A stretch of DNA of 63,318 nt, filler included, from Octopus bimaculoides (GCF_001194135.2; 6 parts of 5 records of this genome joined end to end with filler, not necessarily neighbours in it); one strand, 5' to 3'. Counted from the whole stretch's first letter, positions 41,338 to 53,610 are shown. Notes: generated by a model not told the origin, from the sequence alone. Numbers and translations: made by a program.

Positions 41338-41376
<39 letters not shown>
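41029..41376. mobile_element. Head-to-head palindrome of two short tRNA-derived units with outward (TAA)n tails
   Basis: + unit 41208-41283 catggcgtagtggttaacagcgtgggctactagccccaagattccgagttagattccaggca; - unit 41085-41158 is its reverse complement; (TTA)n on the left, (TAA)n on the right. Confidence 0.85.
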
Positions 41377-41377
<1 letters not shown>

Positions 41378-41519
41378 CACAACAGCATCGAGAAATAAGA
41401 TAAGGACACAGGAAATGTGTCAGTCCGACAGGAAGCGGTCCAGATTCCTATGGCTAAATAGCAGTAGTATATTCCCTTATTGGGACTGCCACATTAAGCT
41501 GGCAGTATACAACTACTTC

Positions 41520-41550
<31 letters not shown>

Positions 41551-42269
41551 TGCAGGCATGAATAAATAAGATAATATACATACATACATAAATATACGTG
41601 TATGTATATATGTATCTATGTATGCATGTTATTTATGTATGTGTGTTGTATGTATGTATGTATGTATGTACGTACGTATTTATATATGGTTAAGACTTCA
41701 GAATTTCAACTAAACAGTTTACCTCAGTTGTATTTCTATCAAAAACGCTGCACTTTGGAGTCTTAATATATGAGGATATTGCCGGTACTGAAAATATTCT
41801 CTTGTGCTTGAGAGAGGAAATAATGGAAGATAATATGTGCAATGCATTTAATAGTCAGAAAGAACTAAATTTATACAATGCTTTTTATATACTCAGAATA
41901 GTCAGATAATATTCTAGAACCAATTCCCAAATGCCACAGAGATACAAAAATGCTTTCTTACGAAAATCAAATTTTGTTCATAAAGTCAAACGATGATGAA
42001 AATATCTACCTGCATTGCGTTTGATATTCACATACTGTACGGAGAATCAACCGCCACATAAATAAATTATAAATTATTCATAATCTGCTTTGAAAAAGTA
42101 CCTTTTGGTTACCTGCGAAATATGTATATTAACAATATATGGTGTACTGGGTTAGAATATTCTACAATTGTTATATAGTAATCTTAATTCTTTGAAGACA
42201 TAACAAGAAAGAATACAGTGTAACGTGATATGTTTAATGCATGGAATAACGGGTGTGTCATAAAAATGA

Positions 42270-43180
42270 TGGCGTCATCAAAACTAAAAACTTGTGTAAC
42301 GAAAGAAAAATTTAAACAAGAAATGTACATGAAAAACATAAAAATACAAAGCATGGAAGGAAAAAAATATCAGTTTGCAAGTGATGGGAACGCCAAGACA
42401 GATACAGAGGACCAGTGGCTATGGATGAGGAGGAGCGACCTGAAGTCAAAGATGCAAGCACTAATATGCGCAGCTCAGAATCATGCGTTAAAGATCAACT
42501 ATATGAAGTACAGAATGGACATTACCGATAGAGACAAATGCAGAATGTGTGGTGGGTGAGAGGGCTTAAATGGTATGGCACATCGTTAGTGAATGCCCGA
42601 AATTGGCATAACACGAATACAAAAGACCCCCTGACAATGGGAGCCTTGTAGAAATCAAGGCTTACAAATAAGTAAGACGTGGCATGTGCAAAATCCAGAT
42701 GGAGTCACCGAAAATCACCCAGTGTGATCAGCCGACCGGACATCGGAAATCGGACACCGTTGTGGTCCATACAAAACAAACATGAATGCTGATCGACATA
42801 GCATAACTAGGTGACAACAAGATCAGTGATATAGAAGAAATAAAAATAAACAACTATGACAATTTAAAGTGGGAAATACGAGTTTGTGGTATACGAAGAG
42901 AATAGATTTGATATCATTATTAATTGGCACATATGGAAGTATCAGCACGCAATTACCAACATGGCTGCAAAAGGTTGATGCGCGTGTGAAGATAGAACAC
43001 CTACAAAACTCAGCATTGCTTGGAAGTGCAGGAGTTCTACGCAGGGTTCTCGAAGCATGACCAGTTAACAAGTGTCACCTTAGTCTGCTGGCCGTGCACA
43101 GCTGACACTTTCCATCGCACACAGCAAAATAAGCAGTTAGTTTTTATCACATGGTAATAATAATAATAATAATAATAATG
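42270..43180 (+). mobile_element. R4/Dong-clade non-LTR retrotransposon 3' end (CCHC finger, REL endonuclease, (TAA)n tail)
   Basis: WMRRSDLKSKMQALICAAQNHALKINY...CRMCG...HIVSEC...SLLIGTYG...LQNSALLGSAGVLRRVLEA*, then a 3' UTR ending in (TAA)n near 43157-43178. Confidence 0.9.
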
Positions 43181-43194
43181 GTTTTCATTTTAAA

Positions 43195-43380
43195 GGCACA
43201 TGGACTGACCCTTTGTGGGAGGGGCTAGTCGTGTCCATCGGCATCAGTACTCAACTGTGCTTTATTTTATCAACTTCGAAAGAATAAAAAGTAATGTCGA
43301 CCTCGGCAGGGTTTGAACTCAGAACGTAGGGAAAGTACGAAATGCCCCTAAGTATTTTGCTCGGCGTGCTAACGTATGTG
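43195..43380 (-). mobile_element. SINE family B
   Basis: gtcgacctcggcagggtttgaactcagaacgtag...ctcggcgtgctaacg. Confidence 0.82.
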
Positions 43381-43669
43381 TCAGGTAAACTTAAGTATAA
43401 TTACAATAATAATAAAATCCTCTGCGATTTTCCAATCCAAAGAGATCATGTACTAGAGAAAAACAAACCGGACCTGGTGGTGTTCGGCAAGACGATCCAC
43501 GTGCTTTATAGTTGAAGTTGCGTTCACCTTTAACCTACGAAAGAAGAAGGTGAAAACCAACAACAATAATAATAATAATTCAGTACTTAATATTAAAAAA
43601 AGGTAAGAAAACGGCCTGCAGAGGATTGCAATTACCATCATGGGAGACCTTGGGTTAACCCGACGGTAG

Positions 43670-43990
43670 TGGGAATAGATATTTAGGGATTTGGGGGCTG
43701 GATGACATTTTACACAGAGAAAAGAAGGTCAAGATCAGCGAGTCGTATCAGAAAAAGTGAAGATGGTGTTAAGATCCAACCTTGATGCCAAAATCTTGAT
43801 TACCGCAATGAAAATCTGGGTAGTCGCGGAGGTCAGATATAGTGGGTCCATCCTCAAATATACTAAGGGGGAAATAACAACACTGGATAGAATGACTAGA
43901 AAGCTGATGACGCTGCATTGAGCGCTACACCCTAAAGCAAACGTAAACAGACTTTATATGAAAAGAAAAAAATGGTGGCCGAGTATTTGA
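43670..43990 (+). mobile_element. R4/Dong-clade RT thumb fragment
   Basis: YLGIWGLDDILHREKKVKISESYQKKVKMVLRSNL...LDRMTRKLMTLH*ALHPKANVNRLYMKRK. Confidence 0.85.
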
Positions 43991-44912
43991 TGAGTAGTAA
44001 TGAAGACCTGCTGCATTATGCCGCGAAAGATATGGGTGCACACGCAGATGAAATGATGGGCAAGGAAGAGTTTAATCGACACATGCGTACTCATTTACGT
44101 ATTATCTTGTTGCTATACATAAAATTATTCAACTTTTGCATTCATATTTATATTTCGTTCGTACATACCAACATGACAAATAGGAACACGGGGTCCTTAT
44201 TTATCTATGGACAAGTATATATATTTCATTTTCCCTTTATCCTTCTCTGGTTAATTTATTATATTCTGATGGATATCTTTTTTATTATCGCACATATTAC
44301 GGTTTGCTCTCTGTCACTATGAAATGCGTTAATTTTCGCTTCTTGGTACGTTGCAATGCTCTCTTACGTTGTTGCAATTTGTCATTTCCAACGATATTCT
44401 GGAGTGCTTTGAAAATGATTTGTGCCAGTTCATTATAAAAATAGACATATCGATTAAATATTTCTAGTTACATAATAACCTCGAAATTGAAATATATCAT
44501 TGTTACGTGTGAAATGACAACTAAGTACATCAAAACCTCAGCGGTCTCATTTCATTGTTGATAACATTTGATGTACACCTTAAACCCGCGCGTTTCCACT
44601 TATAGGTGTATACACGAATACATCTAAGTAGAATCACACGCTCACACGCGCACGCACACAAAGAAGGTAACAAACAATCAGACACACACACACGCACACA
44701 CAAATATACAGGTACATATGTGTATACATATAGATGTTAGTATATGTTAGTATATATGCTTCAACATATTTACATGACCGTCAATATATATATATATATA
44801 TATATACATACAAGCACGCACTGACACACACACATACACAGACGCGCACACAAACACACACACAAACACACACAAACGTACACATATATATAGGCGCGAC
44901 CATGTGGCAATA

Positions 44913-45400
44913 TAGGTAGGTGTCGCTGTGTGTTTACAAGCTTGCTCCCCAAACACATGAATCCAGGTATAGTAACATTGTGAAGCATCTTGGATAAGTG
45001 TCTTGTTCTATAACCTCGGTCGACCAAATACTTATGAGAGGATTTTGTAGACGGAAACTGAAAGAATCCTGTCATATATATTTTTCATCCCAAATGGAGA
45101 CGAACAATATATCTCCACGAGATCAAATTCAAAAAGTGTTAAGATACCAGGATATATTTATTCATACGAAACCAATGGTAGCCTTAATATTCAAATAACG
45201 AAATTTTATTCAGCTATGCTCTGTTGAGCACTCAATCTCGATGTTGGCGTGTTTATGTTCCCATAACATACCGGTTCGGTACAAAGCTTGTAGAATAAGT
45301 TCTATGCTTCCAAAGAATAATTCTTAGGGTCGATTTCTTCGACGAAAATCTTTCAATGTGGTGCTCCAGCATTGCTGAAGTTACATGACTAACAGAATAA
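44913..45400 (+). mobile_element. SINE family A, diverged, ~130 bp unrelated insert in the middle
   Basis: Head 44913-45080; 3' module 45235-45400. Confidence 0.75.
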
Positions 45401-45411
45401 AATGAATAAGG

Positions 45412-45450
<39 letters not shown>

Positions 45451-46856
45451 AATAAGGATAAGATCGATATTTAAGTATCGATTTCATCAAGTGGCCAGCA
45501 CGGGAATAAAAAAGCATCAAAGATAACATTTATTTAAAATGAAGCAAAGCATTTCTTATGCAGAGCCAGAAATCCGTGATCTGGAATTATCCAGTTACTT
45601 TTCCTTGTATATTTTGTCTCTTCGTCTTCTCTCCTGGTGCTAAATGAACATTTATTGTACTTTTAGAGTCAAGCTTGGACTGGTATTTTCAGCGTGGCGG
45701 TATCTCTTAGATACCCNNNNNNNNNNNNNNNNNNNNNNNNNNNNNNNNNNNNNNNNNNNNNNNNNNNNNNNNNNNNNNNNNNNNNNNNNNNNNNNNNNNN
45801 NNNNNNNNNNNNNNNNNNNNNNNNNNNNNNNNNNNNNNNNNNNNNNNNNNNNNNNNNNNNNNNNNNNNNNNNNNNNNNNNNNNNNNNNNNNNNNNNNNNN
45901 NNNNNNNNNNNNNNNNNNNNNNNNNNNNNNNNNNNNNNNNNNNNNNNNNNNNNNNNNNNNNNNNNNNNNNNNNNNNNNNNNNNNNNNNNNNNNNNNNNNN
46001 NNNNNNNNNNNNNNNNNNNNNNNNNNNNNNNNNNNNNNNNNNNNNNNNNNNNNNNNNNNNNNNNNNNNNNNNNNNNNNNNNNNNNNNNNNNNNNNNNNNN
46101 NNNNNNNNNNNNNNNNNNNNNNNNNNNNNNNNNNNNNNNNNNNNNNNNNNNNNNNNNNNNNNNNNNNNNNNNNNNNNNNNNNNNNNNNNNNNNNNNNNNN
46201 NNNNNNNNNNNNNNNNNNNNNNNNNNNNNNNNNNNNNNNNNNNNNNNNNNNNNNNNNNNNNNNNNNNNNNNNNNNNNNNNNNNNNNNNNNNNNNNNNNNN
46301 NNNNNNNNNNNNNNNNNNNNNNNNNNNNNNNNNNNNNNNNNNNNNNNNNNNNNNNNNNNNNNNNNNNNNNNNNATATATATATATATACATATGAGTATT
46401 TTGTATGTAAGTATATGTGCGTGTGTGCGTATATGTATATGTATTCCTCATATATAAAATTCCAAGAGAGTTAATGGTTGTAAATCCAACCAACTAAAGG
46501 ATAATATCTATCCAATATACTGGTGGTAGAAAACCCAATTATTAATACGCAAGTGTTTTGTCATTGCATGGCAATTACACTACCGTATATAATAAATTTG
46601 TGAGGGGAAAAAGTTGTTTTACCCTTACTTTATAAAGCAATAAGAAAATGGGGGGGGGGATCACGAGGTGGTATTCAACATTTACATACTATATTATGCC
46701 TATTAATTTAAAAAAAAACATTATAACAATATACATACACGTACATATATAAAAATNNNNNNNNNNNNNNNNNNNNNNNNNNNNNNNNNNNNNNNNNNNN
46801 TTAATTAATTAANNNNNNNNNNNNNNNNNNNNNNNNNNNNNNNNNNNNNNNNNNNN

Positions 46857-46910
<54 letters not shown>

Positions 46911-47120
46911 GATATAAAATAAAAAGTCTCTCCTCAAACATTCATGAAGAACGTCTATAGCATACGTCTATAACATCACATCACTAAAACTGCAAATTAA
47001 CGCTCGACTTCCTCATCTGGGAAAAACGTTTATTCAATTCATAGTACCTTCTACAGAAGATAGATATAACTTGATTAGCGTAATACAGTTCTATATTTAG
47101 GAGATGAGGAATTATGTACA

Positions 47121-47243
47121 TTATTTACATTATTTACATTTGACGGATATTTGTCCTCATCTTGTTTGTTGTTAACACTTGTTTGGTGTTAACAACAAAC
47201 AAGATGAGGACAAATATCGGTCAAATGTAAATAACGTAAATAA
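47121..47243. repeat. Near-perfect hairpin: 58 bp arms, 7 nt loop
   Basis: 47121-47178 versus reverse complement of 47186-47243: 2 mismatches by eye. Confidence 0.95.
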
Positions 47244-47531
47244 AGTAAACAATGTTGATTCGCTTATTTCACAAATATCTGGATCAGTGCAGCTGGTGCT
47301 CATAAGCAATGTAGAACGGAAATTCACTATCGTCATCACCATCATCATCGTCGTCGTCATCATCATTATCACCAGCATCATCTTCCTCACATCTATCATC
47401 AGCATTATCATATACAATGTAAGAATTCCGCTCATCCTCAACATAATCAATATAACAATCCACATTATCTTCAACGCTCTTACTAAGCAAAAGCGCCCGT
47501 CGCCACCATCACCTTTACAGAAAATATCATT

Positions 47532-47565
<34 letters not shown>

Positions 47566-48880
47566 ACACCATCATCACCACCACAACCATCACCATCACG
47601 ACGACGACGANNNNNNNNNNCACCACCACCACCTCCACCACCATCATCATCATTTGTTAAAGTATTATTTGCAGCTGACGCATTAATTTATGCATGCATG
47701 TACGTACGTACGTATGTATGTATGCATGTATGCACGTATGTATATTATGTTTTATAAGTATATGAATTCTTCCTGTAAACACGACGCTACTCCTTTTATC
47801 GCTGGACTGTGTGCAACAACAATGAACGAGGTGTTACATGTTGAATTTCATAATAGTCTTGGGTGTGTTTTACTGTTCTGCTTACAGATCATATTATCAC
47901 AGCGAATTAGCTGTTAGCTTCCTTGTCTGAAGCTCACCGTTTTCGATATTATAACTTTGTCATTCATTATTTACACAAATAATTAGAGGCCCAAATTTCA
48001 AATTATAATCTAGGTATAAGTTGCAAGTTCTGTAGCATGTATCCTTAAATCCTGTCTTTCTTGCTGACATCCAAACATATGTTCACATCTGAAGTGCAGC
48101 TGACCTTTATAACGGTACCTCTTTTTTTCCTTCCGGTCGAAAGCAACTACATTAGGAATGTCGTATTTGTATTTGGTGAAGTTTTAATGAGAATATTTTA
48201 TAAATATTCGTTGTGTCGAAATTTATTTACTCAACAACAAAAATAAATATATTCTATATTTACGCCAGACCAAGTTTTTCCTCGGATGGCTTTGTAGATT
48301 CTTTTAGAAATATCTTGCTAGATTGGAAAGGAGTATATTTATGATATCTCTTCGTAGCATCTGGTCACATGTGCAAAATTTTCGACAGGAAAGATATAAT
48401 CTACTGCATTTTCAAGTTTCAAAGACTTTTCGTCTGTTTTATATGTTATTTTGTGGTTGTCTTCTGAATACGAATACCAAAAGCGTATCCTATAAAATGT
48501 CGCATATGTAACAATCCCAAATCTAAGAGAGTTACACTTCCTGTCAGGATAAACACTATCCTCAAATTATGCATACCCGTAGCATGTTGTTCCCTTCAAA
48601 TTTGTGCGCTTGTTTGATATATTCGTTTTAGCCCCAGTGTTTAACAGATGCGGTTTGAGTGACACCATAACAATTAAAGGCTGTTCATACCAATCTCTCC
48701 TTCCGCTTAGCATCTGAACCTTGCAATTGATATCGCAATACGACAGACTTTCATATCTATGGGGCAGATTTCCTCTACAGAACATTCAAATCCTGGTACC
48801 GGTATTGATATCCTAAATGCAAATGGACGTTTTTTTCTTTTATTTATTTATTTATTTTTTTGCCTTTTGATGTTCATCCG

Positions 48881-49280
48881 CAGGAGTGGCTGTGTGGTAA
48901 GTAGCTTCCTTACCAATCACATGGTTCCGGGTTCATTCCCACTGCGTGGCACCTTGGGCAAGTGTCTTCTACTATAGCTTCGGGCCGACCAAAGCCTTGT
49001 GAGTGGATTTGGTAGACGGAAACTCAAAGAAGCCCGTCGTGTATGTGTATATGTATATGTATGTGTGTGTATATGTTTGTGTGTCTGTGTCCCCCAACAT
49101 CGCTTGACAACCGATGCTGGTGTGTTTATGTCCCCGTAACTTAGCGGCTCAGCAAAAGAGACCGATAGAATAAGTACTAGGCATCCAAAGAATAAGTCAT
49201 GGGGTCGATTTGCTCGACTAAAGGTGGTGCTCCAGCATGGCCGCAGTCAAATGACTGAAACAAGTAAAAGAGTAATAGAG
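48881..49280 (+). mobile_element. SINE family A, best-preserved full-length copy
   Basis: tRNA-like A box (tggctgtgtgg) and B box (gggttcattccc), body, central TA/TG tract, 3' module ending gactgaaacaagtaaaagagtaatagag. Confidence 0.95.
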
Positions 49281-49416
49281 TATAGTTTCTTTTTTTTCTT
49301 TACCGAAATGGTTTTTAAATCTCCGAGAAAGAGTTCTATTTATGTAGATATTGTTTTACATCATCCGCCATAAATACAATTTATGAGTTTGAGACAAAGG
49401 TCTGGTTAATAATGGC

Positions 49417-49628
49417 TTCGAATTTTGGCACGAAGCGAGCAATTACGGGGCAGGGATTAATCGATTATATCGACACCAGAGATTAACTGGTACTTATTTT
49501 CTCGACCTCGGAAAGGACCTAAGACAAAGTCGACTTTGGCGGAATTTGAACTCAGAACATAAAGACGGACTAAATGTCGCTAAGCATTTTGCTCGGTGTG
49601 CTAACGATTCTCACAGCTCGCCACCCTA
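49417..49628 (-). mobile_element. SINE family B, full length
   Basis: ggcggaatttgaactcagaac...gctaacgattctcacagctcgccacc. Confidence 0.88.
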
Positions 49629-49659
49629 AGTTTGATTAATATTGATTTGTAGATTTAGG

Positions 49660-50058
49660 GGTATTTCGTCTGTCTTTACGTTCTGAATTCAAATTCCGCC
49701 GAGGTCGACTTAGCCTTTCATCCTTTAGGGGTCGATTAAATAATTACCAGTTACGCACTGGGGTCGATTTAATCAGCTTAATCCGTTTGTCTGTCTTTGT
49801 TTGTCCCCTCTATGTTTAGCCCCTTGTGGGCAATAAAGATATAAGAAACGTTAGCATGCCGGGCGAAATGCTTAGCAGTATTTCGTCGGCCGTTACGTCC
49901 TGAGTTCAAATTCCGCCGAGATCGACTTTTCTTTTCTTCCTTTCCGGGTCGATAAATTAAGTACCAGTTGCGTACTGGAATCGATCTAATTGACTCCCCC
50001 CTCCCGCCCCGCCTCCCAAAAAAGAATTCGGGCCTTGTGCCTAGAGTAGAAAAGAATA
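49660..50058 (+). mobile_element. Dimeric SINE family B (unit-linker-unit)
   Basis: Two family B units joined by the linker tgtcccctctatgtttagccccttgtgggcaataaagatataag. Confidence 0.88.
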
Positions 50059-50226
50059 TTGATTTGAAGATTTAGCGCTTTGCCACAGGCAACATTTTTC
50101 ACTCAACGTCATAAGTTCATTTTTCTCTTAAAACTATACACCTCAATAATTTGGAGTGAAGGTACTCTTTATGTTTTACTCAATGTCTGTATTACGTCTA
50201 AATGTATCATGTATAAATGTATATTT

Positions 50227-50345
50227 GCTTACGTCCATATCACGCTGAGAGCACCGGTTCTCGTCCGATCACCGAAGTTAAGCAACGTCGAGCCTAGTGA
50301 GTACTTAGATGGGTGGCCACTTGAGAAACTAGGTGCTGTAAGCGT
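50227..50345 (+). rRNA. Full-length 5S rRNA-like copy, probably a pseudogene or SINE head
   Basis: GCTTACGTCCATATCACGCTGAGAGCACCGGTTCTCGTCCGATCACCGAAGTTAAGCAACGTCGAGCCTAGTGAGTACTTAGATGGGTGGCCACTTGAGAAACTAGGTGCTGTAAGCGT, 119 nt. Terminal helix GCTTAC/GTAAGC, conserved CCGATC..CGAAGTTAAGC (box A), helix CCTAG/CTAGG. Box C region is altered and there is no T-run terminator. Confidence 0.92.
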
Positions 50346-50407
50346 CCCACACTAACGGTGGTTCATCAGTATGGCCGCATCTCTGAGCTGAAACTAAAAA
50401 AAAAAAA
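50227..50407 (+). mobile_element. Candidate 5S-derived SINE (5S head + SINE-type 3' tail + A12)
   Basis: After the 5S copy comes ...cagtatggccgcatctctgagctgaaact(A)12, matching the tail at 7243-7290 (cagtatggccacagctcatgagctgaaactag) and the family A SINE 3' end. Confidence 0.55.
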
Positions 50408-50929
50408 TGTTCACATATGTATGTAATAAGTATAAATCTAAATATGTATGTATTATGTATAAATCTGTATATGTATTCTCCCCGTTCATTGGCTGCTCGC
50501 CTTAAAGGCAAGGGAGAGAATCGTCATGATAGACTCCAGTTATTTTTCTCCTGTCAGAGAAAGGAAAAAATTGCATCTTTATGTATTTATTTGATTAAAT
50601 TTTCTCTTAATTTTTATTTTATTCATAGAGTGTTTACCGTATGTATCTGTGCATATAATATGTATTATATATAAATCTATACATGTATATATGTATATAT
50701 GTATATATTATATATAAATCTTTGTATGTATGTAATATACATGTATGTATGTATGTATCAAGGTATGTACGTATGTATGTATGTATGTATGTATGTCTAT
50801 ATGTGTATATGTTCCATTCAACATTTATCAGATATTATCAATTTCTGCCCCCACCCTGGGACCAGTAGTATATGGAGACGGGTGACTGAATGAGAGGATT
50901 TCGTTCAAGTCATTATTGTATCGTGTGTG

Positions 50930-51950
50930 GGAGGCGGTGGAGGAGGTAGTAATAATGTTGATGGTGGCCGCGGTGTTGGTGATGCCGGCGATGATGGCAG
51001 CGGCCGTGGTAGCGTTGGCGGCAGTAGCGGTGATAGTGGTAGCGGTAATAGTGGTAGCGGTGTTGTTGTTGTTGTTGTTGTTGGTAATGGTGGTGGAGGT
51101 AGCACTGGCGATGTAGTGGCTGTTGAAATAATAGTTCCATTGCTGCAGTTGTTATTGTTGATACTGCTGTTCTTGGCGGCGGTGGTCGTGGCGATAGCGG
51201 AGGCGGTGCGGTGGTGGTGGCGATAGCGGAGGCGGTGCGGTGGTANNNNNNNNNNNNNNNNNNNNNNNNNNNNNNNNNNNNNNNNNNNNNNNNNNNNNNN
51301 NNNNNNNNNNNNNNNNNNNNNNNNNNNNNNNNNNNNNNNNNNNNNNNNNNNNNNNNNNNNNNNNNNNNNNNNNNNNNNNNNNNNNNNNNNNNNNNNNNNN
51401 NNNNNNNNNNNNNNNNNNNNNNNNNNNNNNNNNNNNNNNNNNNNNNNNNNNNNNNNNNNNNNNNNNNNNNNNNNNNNNNNNNNNNNNNNNNNNNNNNNNN
51501 NNNNNNNNNNNNNNNNNNNNNNNNNNNNNNNNNNNNNNNNNNNNNNNNNNNNNNNNNNNNNNNNNNNNNNNNNNNNNNNNNNNNNNNNNNNNNNNNNNNN
51601 NNNNNNNNNNNNNNNNNNNNNNNNNNNNNNNNNNNNNNNNNNNNNNNNNNNNNNNNNNNNNNNNNNNNNNNNAAACTGTTGTTTATAGTTGTGACAGTGA
51701 TGACGAAGGTGTTTACAGCGGTCATGATGGTCATAGTGACCGTCATATGGATGATGATGGTGATGATAATGACGATGGTGAAGGTGGTGAAGATGATGAT
51801 GATGAGAAAGACGACGACGACGACAATGATGATGACGATGATGACGATGATGACGACGATGATGACGATGAAGATGATGATGATGATGATGATGATGACG
51901 ATGACGATGATGATGATGATGACGATGATGATGACGATGATGATGATGAC

Positions 51951-51980
<30 letters not shown>
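50930..51980. repeat. Trinucleotide low-complexity block (GGT/GGC/GTT, then GAT/GAC), with N gap
   Basis: Direct inspection; source of the spurious poly-D/H/S/M ORFs. Confidence 0.9.
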
Positions 51981-51983
<3 letters not shown>

Positions 51984-52220
51984 GTGTATCTGTCAATGAG
52001 TGCTTGTGCATAGGTGCACGCATACACCACATACACACGCATACACACACACACACACACACACACGTATACATATCTGTAGATGTCTCTCTCATTCTTT
52101 TTCTCTCACTCTTTCTCTTTCTCTCTCTCTCTCTCTTTATGTATTTGTAAATCTACGTATCTCTATCTCCTCTCACTTTCTCTCTCCTCTCTCTCTCTCC
52201 CTCTCTCTCTCTCTCTATCC

Positions 52221-52268
<48 letters not shown>

Positions 52269-53573
52269 ACATAGATAGATAGATAGATAGATACATACAT
52301 ANNNNNNNNNNTACATACATACATACATACATACATACATACATACATACATGCATATTGCATATATATTACATATACTTGCATATACATAAACATATCT
52401 ATTTGCATATAAATATATGCACAAAACCGCCATTTTTTCCCCAATTATTTCTGTTTGTGCTTTTGAGACATACAAGTAGAATCCAGTTTTTTTAGTGTTT
52501 GGTAACGAACATGGGAAAATCAAACCCTGATGTATGTATACAGCCACAGTTAGGTTTAGAGGCGGTGGTGGTGGTGGGAAGAACCCCTCCTACCTCCATC
52601 TTGTCGATGAGGTAGTACGAGTTTGAGAGGCTTTTGTACGTAGCGTTATAATGGGCCATACGATGTGTCGTGCATGTATGCGTTCTGTGCTGTTGTACGC
52701 AGTGAGATGTCATATGGTGTAGTGAAACGAGAGGAAACGGTGGCGGGGGCNNNNNNNNNNNNNNNNNNNNNNNNNNNNNNNNNNNNNNNNNNNNNNNNNN
52801 NNNNNNNNNNNNNNNNNNNNNNNNNNNNNNNNNNNNNNNNNNNNNNNNNNNNNNNNNNNNNNNNNNNNNNNNNNNNNNNNNNNNNNNNNNNNNNNNNNNN
52901 NNNNNNNNNNNNNNNNNNNNNNNNNNNNNNNNNNNNNNNNNNNNNNNNNNNNNNNNNNNNNNNNNNNNNNNNNNNNNNNNNNNNNNNNNNNNNNNNNNNN
53001 NNNNNNNNNNNNNNNNNNNNNNNNNNNNNNNNNNNNNNNNNNNNNNNNNNNNNNNNNNNNNNNNNNNNNNNNNNNNNNNNNNNNNNNNNNNNNNNNNNNN
53101 NNNNNNNNNNNNNNNNNNNNNNNNNNNNNNNNNNNNNNNNNNNNNNNNNNNNNNNNNNNNNNNNNNNNNNNNNNNNNNNNNNNNNNNNNNNNNNNNNNNN
53201 NNNNNNNNNNNNNNNNNNNNNNNNNNNNNNNNNNNNNNNNNNNNNNNNNNNNNNNNNNNNNNNNNNNNNNNNNNNNNNNNNNNNNNNNNNNNNNNNNNNN
53301 NNNNNNNNNNNNNNNNNNNNNNNNNNNNNNNNNNNNNNNNNNNNNNNNNNNNNNNNNNNNNNNNNNNNNNNNNNNNNNNNNNNNNNNNNNNNNNNNNNNN
53401 NNNNNNNNNNNNNNNNNNNNNNNNNNNNNNNNNNNNNNNNNNNNNNNNNNNNNNNNNNNNNNNNNNNNNNNNNNNNNNNNNNNNNNNNNNNNNNNNNNNN
53501 NNNNNNNNNNNNNNNNNNNNNNNNNNNNNNNNNNNNNNNNNNNNNNNNNNNNNNNNNNNNNNNNNNNNNNNNN

Positions 53574-53610
<37 letters not shown>

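Noticed and set aside
50905-52095. Poly-His, poly-Asp, poly-Ser and poly-Met ORFs
   Set aside because: Translations of a (GAT/GAC)n tract open in several frames on both strands; no splice or domain support.
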